From the NCBI GenBank assembly GCA_964187785.1, contig OZ076409.1:25918001-25982000 (forward strand): DNA of 64,000 nucleotides, in the 5' to 3' direction. Source of the DNA: Amphiscolops sp. MND2022. Taxonomy: Eukaryota. A model generated the notes under the pieces. The model was not told where the DNA came from, searched no databases, and saw nothing but the letters and a program-made list of their open reading frames with translations. Positions 13,324-25,733 of this stretch are shown piece after piece. Made by a program: the position numbers and the translations under genes. Numbering within the stretch: position 1 is the stretch's first letter; each line of letters begins with the position of its first letter.

Positions 13324-13531
13324 TGTTAACTCGGAGAAGATAGAGTAAGAAGAGTGAATTAAAAGTAATACAAATCAACACAAAGTAATGATCGTTATCA
13401 TATGAACTGTTGTCTATCTGTATCATAGAGTTCAACTTCAACTAATGTTCATACTGTAAGGCTCTTCATCGTAGACACTGGCAGGTACTATGAACTAATT
13501 AGTTCGTCTTTTTAGTGACGTCTACTTCTCA
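13324..13531 (-). repeat. 5' LTR of element B
   Basis: Identical copy of 7616-7823, followed on plus by TSD CTCTC. Confidence 0.97.
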
Positions 13532-14249
13532 CTCTCAACCATTCAGAAAACAATCAGTTTCGAGAACATGAGACAGAAACGGCAGATACCTTGAACTTCA
13601 ATCAAGAAGTCGCCAACTTTTCAGTCGAGACTCCTGAAACTTTTTACATGTCGCAGTTCTTCATGCAGGGTATTTTTCTATAAAAGCTAGAAAATTCAGT
13701 AATTTCCTATTAGTAAACCTTCTAGAATTATATTGCAGTTTGAAATTAAAATGGAAAATATTTCCCACTTCGATCATGTTGTAGGCAAACACGACACGAT
13801 CATGTTGATTTCTGAACTACTCTATTGTATCCACCGCTTCTTACCTGACACGATGAATATTACGGCTTATTATGTGACTGAAACTGTTGTGCAATAGAAA
13901 GGCGGTAAACATTTCAACGTCCCCAATGAAACCCGCGAAACTTTAAGGGTTCAAACTGCCGCCAAAATTAGCATGCGTCGTTCCAGCAGGTTGATAAAAG
14001 TCAAATACAACAGGGAAACATTTTCACAAGAAATTTTTCGGAAGTGTTTCGAAAGATCATAAAAACATGTAAAAACTTCATGCAGTTTTAACAAGGGGTT
14101 TTTGTGAGCGGTGGGGTGATATCTGAAATCTAAACATTCTGAAATGCGTTTCACACTTTTTATTGGACAGTTCAATTAAGATCACATTTTCTTTCGAAAG
14201 TCGTGTTTAGACTTCTGATTTTAGCAGCAAACGTGAATCGTCTTGCCTT

Positions 14250-14640
14250 TTTAGTGGGTGCTTTTGAAGAAAAGTGCCCGACGCTTACAGTGGGTAGTTT
14301 TTATACGCCTAGGGTCCACTTTTGTGTTGATTTGTTAAACTTGAACTACGGATGCCCAAAACATACTGGAAACGTCAGAATCTCGTCCAAAACAAAACCG
14401 ACGTCCAGAACCTCGAAAATATAGTAGGGATTCAAGCTTTGACTATCTTGGTGTTTTCAACTTGAAAACTTTTTTCGAAAATTTTCCAATGTCTCCAAAT
14501 GGTTCCCCTTCAATTTTTTTTTCATATTTTGCAACAAACTGGACTTTCAAAAAACCCAAAGGGTCCACCTTTTACAATTTTACAAAATGCACTTTTTGAG
14601 CTTTAGATATTGCACTGACTTTGATCGTTCCCGGCTTGTT
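14250..14640 (-). mobile_element. Short dispersed repeat, HINE/DINE-1-like non-autonomous element, copy 1
   Basis: Shares both ends with 23413-23781. Minus strand starts AACAAGCCGGGAACG and ends with a stem-loop (GGGCACTTTT-n4-AAAAGCACCC) then ACTAAAAA. The Helentron class is an inference. Confidence 0.55.
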
Positions 14641-14652
14641 CACGAGTAACAT

Positions 14653-16313
14653 CCCGTACTGAGATCCCATCGCAGTTCATCGATGGCCATCGCAGTCCCA
14701 TGTGGCCCATCGATGGCCATCAATGATCCCTTGATGGGCATCGATGAGGTTTTTCTAACGTTGATCCCATCGATGGGTCATCGATGGACCATTGATGACC
14801 CATCGATGGGAATCAAAATTTTCCATCACAAAAATTCGTTCGACTTGGCCATGTTCAAAATTTCAACAAAACTTTGGCATTTTAAGTTTTTCATTCAGTC
14901 AATTTAAACTTTGTTTGGGATTTCGAGGGTGCCCAAATATTTTATTCAGAAATGAAGTTATACATAGTTATCCATATTATTCACCTTTGTGAAAAACCGG
15001 ATTCTGTTGATTTTCCAAGAAAAAAACCCAAATTTTTTGATACAAAAACGTATTTTCAGAGTCAATTTTCTGCATATTTCAGATATTTTTCTTCTTACAA
15101 GCAGATGGTTTTCTCAGCAATGGAAGCTTGATTCCGTCGCATTTTCATGCGTATAATTGCAATTCTGCCAGGTTTTTTCTGATTTTCCAGATAAAACGTC
15201 CAAATTTTTTGCTACAAAAACGTATTTTCAGAGTCAATTTTCTGCATATTTCAGATAATTTCTTCTTACAAGCAGACGATTTTCTCAGCAATGGAAGCTT
15301 GATTCCGTCGCATTTTCATGCGTATAATTGCAATTCTGCCAGGTTTTTTCTGATTTTCCAGATAAAACGTCCAAATTTTTTGATACAAAAACGTATTTTC
15401 AGAGTCAATTTTCTGCATATTTCAGATATGTTTTCTTTTTACAAGCAGATGGTTTTCTCAGCAATGGAAGCTTGATTCCGTCGCATTTTCATGCGTATAA
15501 TTGCAATTCTGCCAGGTTTTTTCTGATTTTCCAGATAAAACGTCCAAATTTTTTGATCCAAAAACGTATTTTCACAGTCAATTTTCTGCATATTTCAGAT
15601 ATGTTTTCTTCTTACAAGCAGATGGTTTTCTCAGCAATGGAGGCTTGATTCCGTCGCATTTTCATGCGTATAATTGCAATTCTGCCAGGTTTTTTCTGAT
15701 TTTCCAGATAAAACGTCCAAATTTTTTGATCCAAAAACGTATTTTCAGAGTCAATTTTCTGCATATTTCAGATATGTTTTCTTCTTACAAGCAGATGGTT
15801 TTCTCAGCAATGGAGGCTTGATTCCGTCGCATTTTCATGCGTATAATTGCAATTCTGCCAGGTTTTTTCTGATTTTCCAGATAAAACGTCCAAATTTTTT
15901 GATCCAAAAACGTATTTTCAGAGTCAATTTTCTGCATATTTCAGATATGTTTTCTTCTTACAAGCAGATGGTTTTCTCAGCAATGGAAGCTTGATTCCGT
16001 CGCATTTTCATGCGAACAATTGCAATTTTGCCAGGTTTTTCAACTTTTTCAAACAATTCAAGGACAAGGCTCCGATATAAGTGATTTTCAGGCTCGAGAA
16101 AGCTTGCTCAGGCTCAAAAGGAAATGAGAGTAGGTTAAAATTAGATATATTTAACCCAAAAATGCTCCACAACTGCTCCCATGCGCTGGGCGATATTTCA
16201 AATCCCATCGATGGCCATCGATGGTCCATCGATGCCCATCGGAAAAAGTTGCGATGGCCATCGATGGGCTTCGATGGGCCCATCGATGGGATTGAATGGA
16301 GTCTCAGTACGGG
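14653..16313. mobile_element. Non-autonomous TIR DNA transposon, CMC/EnSpm (CACTA)-like
   Basis: 12-bp TIR CCCGTACTGAGA...TCTCAGTACGGG, flanked by AT on both sides (2-bp TSD). Both ends are packed with palindromic CCATCGATGG subterminal repeats. No transposase. Confidence 0.8.
15005..16040. repeat. 173-bp tandem repeat (~6 copies) inside the TIR element
   Basis: Unit landmarks (TTGCAATTCTGCCAGG) recur at 15328, 15501, 15674 and 15847; copies are nearly identical. Confidence 0.97.
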
Positions 16314-17386
16314 ATACTTGTGAAAGTCGTGGACAAGCGTTGAATGCGCAATAGGTGAATGATTTAGTATCCTGTATATCAAATGAAAAGTGTGACAATG
16401 AAGTAGTAGACCTCAAAGACTGTTTTGATTGTTTCAGTAAGGTGAGATGCTTTTGAAAGTTCAGAATGAGGGCTGAAATGGTTTTGGATGAATTGGGTTT
16501 GGGGCGACATGATAGTCGACATGACTAGTCGTTATTCTGTATAAGAGGAGCAGTGGCGCTACGATTTTTTTCGTGTGTTCTACTAACACGTCTATTGAAG
16601 AAAAATCTAACACTCCATTGCTATTTTATTCAATTTCTGTCAATATTTTATGAATTGCATCATGGTTTTGGTTTCAACTTTTGTGAAAGCTAGATTTCCT
16701 GGGGAAAACAAATTCTACTAAATTACTTGTTGTATATACCGGATAGATGTAGGAATGTTTAGGTGAAAGAGTTTTTAATACTTATTTGTCTTCATGATGA
16801 TGAGAGATTTATATAGCAGAGATCTAAAATGTTTTTCTCTAGACTCTCGAAAAGACAAAAGTTTGACCACATTAATTAAATCCCACAGAGGACAGCGAGC
16901 TTTCAGTTGTAAATAGTTAAAACTTAGTCGTAGACGTTCTTTTGATCTCTTTTTCGTAAACAATATAATTGCTATAGTCCTTGAACGCTTACACAGTTGC
17001 TTACAGGGTACTTTTTTGTGTGGTGAATGGCACTTCAGAAAAGGGGGAAAACGCTCGCCATATTTGAGATTCCGAACATAATTCTCGGATGTAAAAAAAA
17101 ACATTTTTTTCCAAAACTGCTGAGGAGCTCCATCGAAAATGTTTTCATCAATTTCTTTGTGTCCTGTCATCACACTTCAACGGAAAATCAGCTCTGCATG
17201 AAATGCAATCACAAAAAACTCTAGTTTCAAAGCAGTAATAAATTACAGGATTCAATTAGGTCATAAGACTTGTTAGGAGCAGAGTTGCTCTATGTTCAAA
17301 GTTGATTGAATTACAGGTTGAAGTGTAAATTAGTTAGGGATCGCTGTTATTGACAAAGTTATCGAGTGCTTTGAATGTTGAAAACT

Positions 17387-18688
17387 TTAGTGATTGAGAG
17401 CTGGATCATAGAAGAGATCCAAGAAACATACTGAATAATCCCGTCTGTAACCAGGGAAACAATTAGGATTATTCCAGTGATATTTATACCATCTGCAAAG
17501 TCTGTGTGCAGTGAAGGACCAATGCTCACCAAATTTACTTATCCTAGCTTTGAGCAATTTATCGCGGAGTTCAAATTTGCCATCAATACTTCTCAAAGCG
17601 TCATCCTCTGCGCTTCCGACTAGGCCCACGTGGAGATACCAAGTTTCGTTGTTTGGGGGTACAACTTTAATGACCCAGTTCCTCGAGGCCGTGTAGAAGT
17701 TCCAAATATAGTCAGCCTCAGATAAACTCCGGGGGTAGAAAAGAGAAGCTCCTCTATTCTCACAGTATCGAAGTTGCTCGACAAAGGTCAGTCCCATTTC
17801 TGAATGACGAGCCAGGAAATAACATCTCTGGAATCTGAAGTTTACAAAACCATGGTTGGAGCTGCACTCAATATGTGGCTTTGACATTTCCGCAATTAGA
17901 TCCTTCATGTTATTCCCAATCGTTCGTTTGGACGCAGTGATCGTTTTCAAATCCACTGGTCTGGTTGTTATTCCCAACCCATCTTTACTTGTTCTCAGTC
18001 CACTGGAAAGTTGATATGCAATTTGCAACGATGCTAGAAGTATAGCTACCAGGACCAATAGAAATGTAATCCAGCGGAATATTGATTTTTTGTGCTTCGT
18101 TGCAAAATGATCGGTCTGTTTTTTCACTCCTGGTTGTTTCTGTTTTTTCCCCGCATGTTGGCCGTTAAATTTCATGAGCACAGACAAAAAGCAGACCTTC
18201 AATTGCTCTCGGAATGGTTTCAAGAAAACCAACACCAAAAGGGCGTTGATTTGAGAGTAGAGCATCTGGACTGTGCTTTTATATATAAGTAAATATTTAT
18301 AGGCTAAATAACCCAAAGTTCGATCAGTGTACTTTCTGAGCGGTGTAGGAACAAGAAAGTAAACATAGTGGGGTAGCCACAGAACTATCCAGAAAAAGCA
18401 GCTGGTAATGAAAGCGATTGAGAGATTTCGGTTGCGCTCTTCATCACGGTCACGTGCCATGAGAACTCTACAAACCGAAATATAGAAAAAAGAAGCCAAA
18501 AAAGCCGGGAGGAATAAAAATAAGCAAGATTCAATCCATATTCTTCGAGGTGTGCGTTCATAAAACAACACACAAAATTTGTTAATCCAGTCTGACTCAG
18601 TCTCGAGTTGACTACAATGAACATTAAACTGAGAAAAACTTCTCATGGGGATTAAACACATAAACTTTCCATTGTGCATCCAATTCAA
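17387..18688 (-). CDS. Probable last exon of a host rhodopsin-like GPCR: TM5-TM7, helix 8, an extra TM, C-type lectin-like domain
   Basis: TM5 LFLPAFLASFFY; TM6 FFWIVLWLP (CWxP-like); TM7 YSQINALLV followed by KPFREQL. Then hydrophobic IFRWITFLLVLVAILLASLQI and CTLD-like C...RCYF...LTF.E...YC...GASL..P.S..E..YI...VGL. Candidate splice acceptor AG at 18613-18612. Confidence 0.75.
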   Translation of the reverse strand: MNWMHNGKFMCLIPMRSFSQFNVHCSQLETESDWINKFCVLFYERTPRRIWIESCLFLFLPAFLASFFYISVCRVLMARDRDEERNRNLSIAFITSCFFWIVLWLPHYVYFLVPTPLRKYTDRTLGYLAYKYLLIYKSTVQMLYSQINALLVLVFLKPFREQLKVCFLSVLMKFNGQHAGKKQKQPGVKKQTDHFATKHKKSIFRWITFLLVLVAILLASLQIAYQLSSGLRTSKDGLGITTRPVDLKTITASKRTIGNNMKDLIAEMSKPHIECSSNHGFVNFRFQRCYFLARHSEMGLTFVEQLRYCENRGASLFYPRSLSEADYIWNFYTASRNWVIKVVPPNNETWYLHVGLVGSAEDDALRSIDGKFELRDKLLKARISKFGEHWSFTAHRLCRWYKYHWNNPNCFPGYRRDYSVCFLDLFYDPALNH

Positions 18689-21600
18689 TGTGAAAATACG
18701 TTGTTAACCAAAAAAACAGGCTGTCGTCATAACATGTCACAAGCATTAACTAGCTCGCAAAAGTGAGCGTTGTTTTTTTTAGTACAAATTACACTTTCAT
18801 GCCAAAAGCGGCATCAAATTTTCGTTTTTGAATTACCTTCCAGAAACGTTTTGGATTGGATTTTCTGTATTGCAATTCATCATTTCGTGAAAAAGTTATG
18901 ATGACTGTGAGTTCAACCAATTTTGAGTACTTTTCCTAATCAATGTCAAAATTTTCTAATTTCACTGATCCAAGATCGTGCACTTGCAGGTCTGGGGATC
19001 TTCTAGAAAGTTTATGAAGAAACAAAATTAACTCCGAAAGGAGTATTACGACAAAAAATGCTAGCTAGTTTTTTGCCCCAGCAAAGCTAGAAATTTTCAG
19101 CTGTGATTGAACTTCTCTTAATGAGTTGGTTCGTGACGAAAATATCGTTTGGAAAGCTTTTTGGAGGAAACTCAGGGCTACAACAATGTATACTAAAAAC
19201 GTCGAAGCTGGTACGAGTACAAACCTATTGGGCATGAAATGTTGAAAACAGACAAAAACACTCAAACAGTCAAGAGTGGTAAAAAACACTTTTTCATAAC
19301 TTTTCCAAATTGATCAGATTTCAAAACTAAAAGCATCATCAATCAACTCTTTTCTGTGAAAAACATTTTAATCCAGAGATAAATTTTGTAGCGTCAAGCT
19401 AGCAGCGTATATCTTAGAGCTGGGACAATGCCTAGATTGCCTGACAGGAGACCATGGTATTACTGCAAGCCTAGAAACTAGTTTTTCTCTCAGAAAACGT
19501 CTCCTGGCGGGACTTTCAAACGTCAAGGAACCTTCTCATGTCAGAGCTCCGAGGCGACGTGCCGGCACTCTCAAAGTTCGGACACGCCTCACAAGCCTTT
19601 AAAAAATTTTTTCTGGCGATCCTGGGACTTCCCACAAACTTCCGAGGTCCAAAACAGGTGTTTAGCTAAAAGAATTTTGTATACAAAAAACATTGAAACA
19701 CAGGATCTGATACAAAAACATGAAATAAGGCATCGTTGAGGAAATTACTGCCATAAATTGTGGAATCGAAGCCTCACCGAGACTGTGACTCACGTGATAC
19801 TGCATCCCGGATGAAGCACACACTGCACTTTCTAAGTTTTCTGGCGTAACTAGATGATTTTGGCCATTCTAGACATCTTTTCCCGTTGCTGTTGTCACTT
19901 TCGGGCTCCTCCGAGGTTCCAAGGAGTGTACATTGTTTTTAAAGCCCTGCTATTGACAGGGTCTCTTTTGTTGCTTTTTTGTCTTCCTGAATGAATTCAA
20001 GTACCTGCCAGGTCGGCCAACTTTTTTTGTGCGGTACTTCGAAGTTTTGGAAAAACTTCGGGAAGATTTCGGTGACAAGGCTGCTGGACGTTACATCCTC
20101 CCCGCGCCGATGTTTGTTGTCCTGGGCAAACGAGAGTGTACGTTCACGTCTTTGGTTGCCAGCACCCTGTGATATATTTTCATCAACCTAGCACTTCGGG
20201 AACCCAAAACAAATTTGCTCCACAAATGAAGACGAAATTTTTTGCCAGCCATGCAAGCTTTCTTGGATTTCACATAAACAATGGCTTGTAGCACTGAAAA
20301 GCATAGCAATTTTAGATAGCTAGCATTGATTTGAAAGTGTTTTCAAACATTTGATCTCGCACTAAAACTTCTAGCACTTTTCTTTACGGTATCTGTATAA
20401 AATGCACGCACCACAACAAAGTTGGCTTCAACCTGAGGCTCAGCTGATAATAAAGAAATTATGAAACAAACGATAGCACTTGAAAGCGGTAAACTAACAG
20501 CTGTGATCTTGATAAAGTGTCGTATTGCATGGCAGACAGGAATTTCGGTATGAATAGCACCAATTGCTAAGTAAATCTCATGGAGCATCAAAAACATCAC
20601 AAAAAGAGATGAGCCATTCACTCTATTGTGTTGAAACTGAAGGCTCAGTTCAAAGAATTGTCTAGGTAGTGTAAGCACCAGTGAATAGGTGAGAGATGGT
20701 AGTAAACTGTTTCTTCAGATGATTAAGAAGTCCTTAGCGATGATAGACGAGGATCAACAGAAGTTAAAATCCAGGCTTTTTAGGTCATGAGAACAGTCTT
20801 TGGCATTGCGAACCAAGAACAGAGCAATTTTTTGATTTTCAAAAACATGGTCGATGACCGAGCAGTTTTCAAAGCTTCCAAGCTCCTGGTGTTTTGTCAT
20901 GCTCAGTGGTGATTTCTCTCGAGAGGGCACAAGTACTCTTCCAAGGCCAACCTCTTGTCCCGACTTCTCACATGCAAATTGTTCACGCAACTTCAATAAC
21001 GCGAACCAATGGTGTGAATGGAGCGACGAACATTAGGTTTTAAGGAGCATGCTTGGCTACAGACGGTAAATTGTCGGAAACACTTTTTTGTCACTCGTGC
21101 TGACTTATTTCTGGAGAGCGACGATGGTGGTTATTCGAGATGCACCTGAAAATGAGAAGTAAAGAGGAATAGATGATTTTGGTTGTGGGAGGAAGAAAGT
21201 TTTATTAGATGAGTAGCCAAGGAGTGGAAAAGGGTAAGCGTAAAATAAATTTGTTTAAGGGCGAGGGAAAAGTGAATAGTAAATGGGGAGAAGAGGGGAT
21301 AGTAAGAAGAAAGGGAGCGAAGAAGAAGAGAAGGAAAAGGGAAGACAGCTAGCTGCTTGATTGGACCTCTGCCGGTCAAGCAAATCTGCGAGACCACGTG
21401 GCGCCCGCATGTTTGCCTGTAACTAATCATAGCTCTGTTCGTAATTCATTCCATAGCGGCAATTAATATAATATTACTCGAGGAATCCAGCGGTAACGGT
21501 GTTCCATTCAACAAAATTTTCCTTCTACTTCGCGGCCGTTGTTTAATGGATGCCACCGTTACATATTCCTTCTTTCGTCCAACCCTTCTCTGAACCTTAG

Positions 21601-23412
21601 CTCTGTTCACTGTTTAGCACGTGTTCTTTGGATCAAAAACTGCACGGTATAACAAACACTTTTCTTAAAGTATTAGTCTGAACACGACATCTCTTTCAGC
21701 TCCTTTCAGCTACTACTGACCAAGCTGTCTGATGAAAATGCTTCACGAAAAAACGTCAAACAATGAATCACAATTTTTGTCAACCCCTCACAAATATTTG
21801 GAGCATTGCATCATGGTCTGACAAACGTTCGAACAAAACTATAAGACCGTGGATGACTTTTTACGGGAGGCAAAAATATTGTCGCCACAAGTTTCGTGGT
21901 CAGAATTTTTGTCGTATGAAACTTTGTCGTTTCAGCGAAACCAGAAAATTCGATGTCAAAACATTCATCGCACTGATTCAAATGAACAGCGTTCAAGATG
22001 CCATTTCAAACATTCAATTGTTTAATTATTATAGCGTAGGGCGCTTTTATTACATCGGGCATCTTGTTTTCACTTCTCCTAGCGCCTTTTCCTGCAGCTC
22101 TGAAGGTTTTTTGCATCATAAACTTTTGTTTTTCAAAAGGGAAGTTTGCATACGTTCTGTAAAATTCCGGTAAACTGATATACACTGGCCCCTTTAAGGT
22201 TTCGTGAAAATTTTTTTGTGACCAGTTTTTGAGGTAATGAATTTGAAATTGGCCGTTTTAAGCAATGTACTTTGTCTAACTTCACTTCATCTTCAAGTTC
22301 TCGACTTATCAGACGTAAAAGAACATAATTGTCTATTGCGATTGAGATCTTTGTTTCATGAAACTCGAAACGTTAGTCTCCATTCGACCCGAGTAGATGT
22401 TTGCATATATATTTAGAATCTCATGTCACAGCCTGCTCACAGATGGGGTACACACTGCCAACACGGAATGCACATAAGAGCGTCAGGGGTCGGCAATGGG
22501 ACACTTAAGACTATTTAGGTTAGTAAAAGTTTCACTTACAACAGATAAATATAGTGTAAGTTCGAGTTTCCTAGAACAACAACCAGTTGACGGAAGGTTG
22601 ACGTGAAATGATGTCCCTCGGCAACATAAAATTTTCCAGCGCACTTCCGTTACTTGATTTCAGTCCTAATATAACTACATTTCCGGTACCCCTTCGTAGA
22701 AATTTCTATAGCGATCTAAAAATAGAAACAGAAATTCAAATTTGGAATGAGAAAATTGTCCACCTGTTTTTCCAACTTAGAAAGAGACATTCAAAACAAC
22801 AGCTCATGCGCATTTTGACGAAAAGCGTACGTCCTAAAACAACCAACTAAACAGTTCTCGAAATGTACACCAAGTTGAACTTGAAACGATTGTTGAACTT
22901 ACTGAAATTACAAGTAAGTAATCTAACCAAATATTTACAACGCAACAGGAGATTTTACGGCAGAACTAATTCTCAGAATCGTTAGCGTAACGAGCCAATA
23001 GCTTCGCAGCTAGAACGTCACATTTGAGCTCAAGCCAAAAGGAGTGATTTCTTTGAGGTCAATAAAATGAGACTTGCAATAATTCCTGATCTTGACGTAA
23101 TGCCTCTGTCAGCGCCTGGTCAACTAAAGCCAATCATAATACACACATCAACAGTACGTTCAATCCTGAAGGTTGGTTCAGTACGCGAGCTACCTTTTCC
23201 CAATAGGAGTGATTTTTTTCCTAAAAAGTAATGTCGTTCGTGAAGAATGTAGTGTTGTTTATTGCCTGCTTGAGCAAAGCTGTATTGTAAGATAGGCACA
23301 GGAAGTTACCTCCAATTAGCCGAATATATCCAAACAAAAGACATGTGATTCCCATCTCTAGCTAAAGTGTGAAACCAAATGCAAAAAACGCGTTTACTAT
23401 GAGATTCCTTGT

Positions 23413-23781
23413 TTTTAGTCGGCGTTTTCGAAGAAAATCCCGAATCTTACAGTGGCTAGTTTTTTTTCGTCGGTTCAACGCGTAACGTCCACTTTTTGTG
23501 CATTATAATGCACATTTACTAACTTTTACCATATGTACTTAATACTTCATTTTCAACGCATCCAAAGCGTCTAACATGAGAAAAAGCGTCCCCCCTTTTA
23601 CATTTTCGACACTATGCGACTTACCGGAAACTTCGAAAAAAAATTTCAAAAAAAATTCGGAATTTTTTCTCTCAATTTTTAGTTTTTTGAGAGCTTTTGT
23701 TGTCTCCAGTTGTAGAAAAAGTGGTTTTCGAGTCTTTTTGAGCCTTAGATATGGCGCCGACTTGGGCCGTTCCCGGCTTGT
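23413..23781 (-). mobile_element. Short dispersed repeat, HINE/DINE-1-like, copy 2
   Basis: Plus strand ends TTTTGAGCCTTAGATATGGCGCCGACTTGGGCCGTTCCCGGCTTGTT like 14595-14640, and begins with the same TTTTAGT-hairpin-CTTACAGTGG module as 14250. Confidence 0.55.
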
Positions 23782-24692
23782 TCCATATGAGTCTTTCAAG
23801 AAAATATTCATCTTTTAACCTTTGGATTATGCGAATGCGTGACGTCAGGTCGACCTCAACTCCATTTGGATGAAAATGGCGATATAGTTTGCAGTCAATG
23901 ACTTTTCCCATCTTAAATTCACTGCTAACACAACATGTGAGTTATGAATCTCTATACTTTTACGTCGTTGTTTGGAAATGTAAATTGAGGTTGTTTAGAG
24001 ATCTGTTTAAAGGTTGGAACTAAATTGTTTCATGGCTGAAAAGTCTGTAATTATAATTAATTTCTTTCTCAAGCACCTTCTTTTTGCAACTCTCAAGCGT
24101 TGCGGTTGAAGAGTTTTTGCATCATAAAAACTTTGGATTTCAAAACGGAACTTCGCATAAGTTCTGTATCTTCCGGCAAACTGATATCCAGTGATCCCTT
24201 TCAATTTGCTTGAAAGTTTTGTACCCACTCCTTTCCTTTATAAATGACAATTTCTTTCCGTTTCAATTACGTCGCCTACTTTTGATTGTCATCCTTTTTT
24301 TTACAAACTTCCCGAATTTCCCGTTGAAAATTGCGAGTTTTCTATTCAAAATCCGAAGGGACAATTCTACCGCCGTTTCAAAGTGAAACGAAAATGATTT
24401 CAATAAATGCGACGCATAGTTGACGCAACCAACTAGGAATCTTGATATCTGACATTTAGATGCCGGGCTGAATTGATACGCATCACATAGTGTTTAGGTG
24501 AACAAATCCGGTTTTCACGATAGCTAGGAATTTTCAGTTGAGGAACTAATAATGCAAGGAAAGTATATACTTGTTCCTTTTGAGAAATCACCTCAGTTAA
24601 TAGTTATCATTGTTACATTGTTTGCACTGACACTAACTCGGGTTTCCTTTGACAAATTCAAAACCTCCCAGCATCTTTGTTTCATCTGAAAA

Positions 24693-24998
24693 ATGACAAC
24701 TAGATTTCAGAAAAAGAAAGCTGTAGTGCAACTTTGGCGAGTTCGAAACGTCCAACTGAAGTTTCTGGTCCTAGTAAATCTCGTAAACATTAACTAAGAA
24801 TACTAGGAAACTTACCAGATAAAGACCAACCAGAAAGAAATGCTAAAACTGATAGCTCCAAATGCAAAGACATCGTCAGCCCTCAACACTCAGAAGATTC
24901 TGATTCTGAAGCTGAAAACACTTTCATTGTTCCAACAGCAACTCCGATAAGATCTAAAGCGAATACTCAAAGCAACACTCCGTTAGTAAGTCGTAACA
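24693..24998 (+). mobile_element. Decayed LTR (U5) remnant carrying a gag N-terminus; third family of the A/C type; 5' limit unresolved
   Basis: ATG ACA ACT AGA TTT CAG AAA AAG AAA (MTTRFQKKKA, cf. MPTTRKQKKA of C). The broken frame ends ...TPLVSRN+A at LTR-like CGTAACA, the same codon phase as the LTR/PBS junctions of A and C. Confidence 0.5.
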
Positions 24999-25733
24999 GT
25001 AAATTCTCCTATATTACCATTTGGTTAATATCGTTCGACTAGTGTCAAGTCATTACACAATGCTTCAATAACGGCCTCATGTTCTAATGCCATAAAGAGC
25101 GTCAGAGACTTCTGAAATAATCTGAATCGTTTTTGCAATTGAAAGCGTTCATTCGACTTTCTTTACTCAAATCTGGTCCTTTTAGAGAAGTCACAACCGG
25201 TCGACCCGGAGTTCTTATTGCCCTCTCGACAATGGAATGGATTCGAAATCTTAAGCCTCAAAGAAATCTTCCGTTAGCTATTTTGACGGTTTCTTCACCT
25301 ATTTCTTAGGGTTACTCAACATACTCACCATATTATGATCACACTATAATCGAGGTAATTTCATGATCATGGTCATACCAAGACCTTACCACGGCGGCCG
25401 AGCTTCATAATATGATCATCATGTTTTATAGTATCAGCATATTAAGATTCATCATGTTTCACAGTATGATCACAGAATGAGAAACGATGAATTTTACATA
25501 CAAAAATTAGGATATAGGGCATGATAACCTAATGTACGCAAAGTTGACAAATTGGTCACCGAGGCCTTATGCTGTATTTTTAGGAAGCGTTCAGTGAGAT
25601 ACATACAAGCATTTTCACTGATAATTACGGTAAATTTGTTATTTGGTTTTGAAAAATTTAACAAATATGGCATCGACACTTCAGTGGTCCCTTGTAAGAA
25701 AATAAAACCCGTCAGAAACATTTTTACGTCAAT

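Larger units (their letters stand above)
7616..13531 (-). mobile_element. Ty3/Gypsy (Mag-like) LTR retrotransposon B, full-length structure
   Basis: Two 208-bp TG...CA direct repeats; 5-bp TSD CTCTC at 7611-7615 and 13532-13536; PBS and PPT present; gag-PR-RT-RH-IN order. Confidence 0.97.

Noticed and set aside
15128..16080. Repeated 106-115 aa ORFs; possible CRISPR-like array
   Set aside because: Translations of the 173-bp satellite; units are near-identical with no unique spacers.
19400..21430. GC-richer stretch with a purine-rich tract (21190-21350) and short ORFs
   Set aside because: Looks like a decayed element or gene, but no recognisable motif or boundaries.
22065..24205. Diverged ~130-bp repeat pair (22065-22197 and 24060-24203) ending near CCCTTT(A/C)A
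   Set aside because: Real similarity but too decayed to classify (perhaps a TTAA-type MITE).
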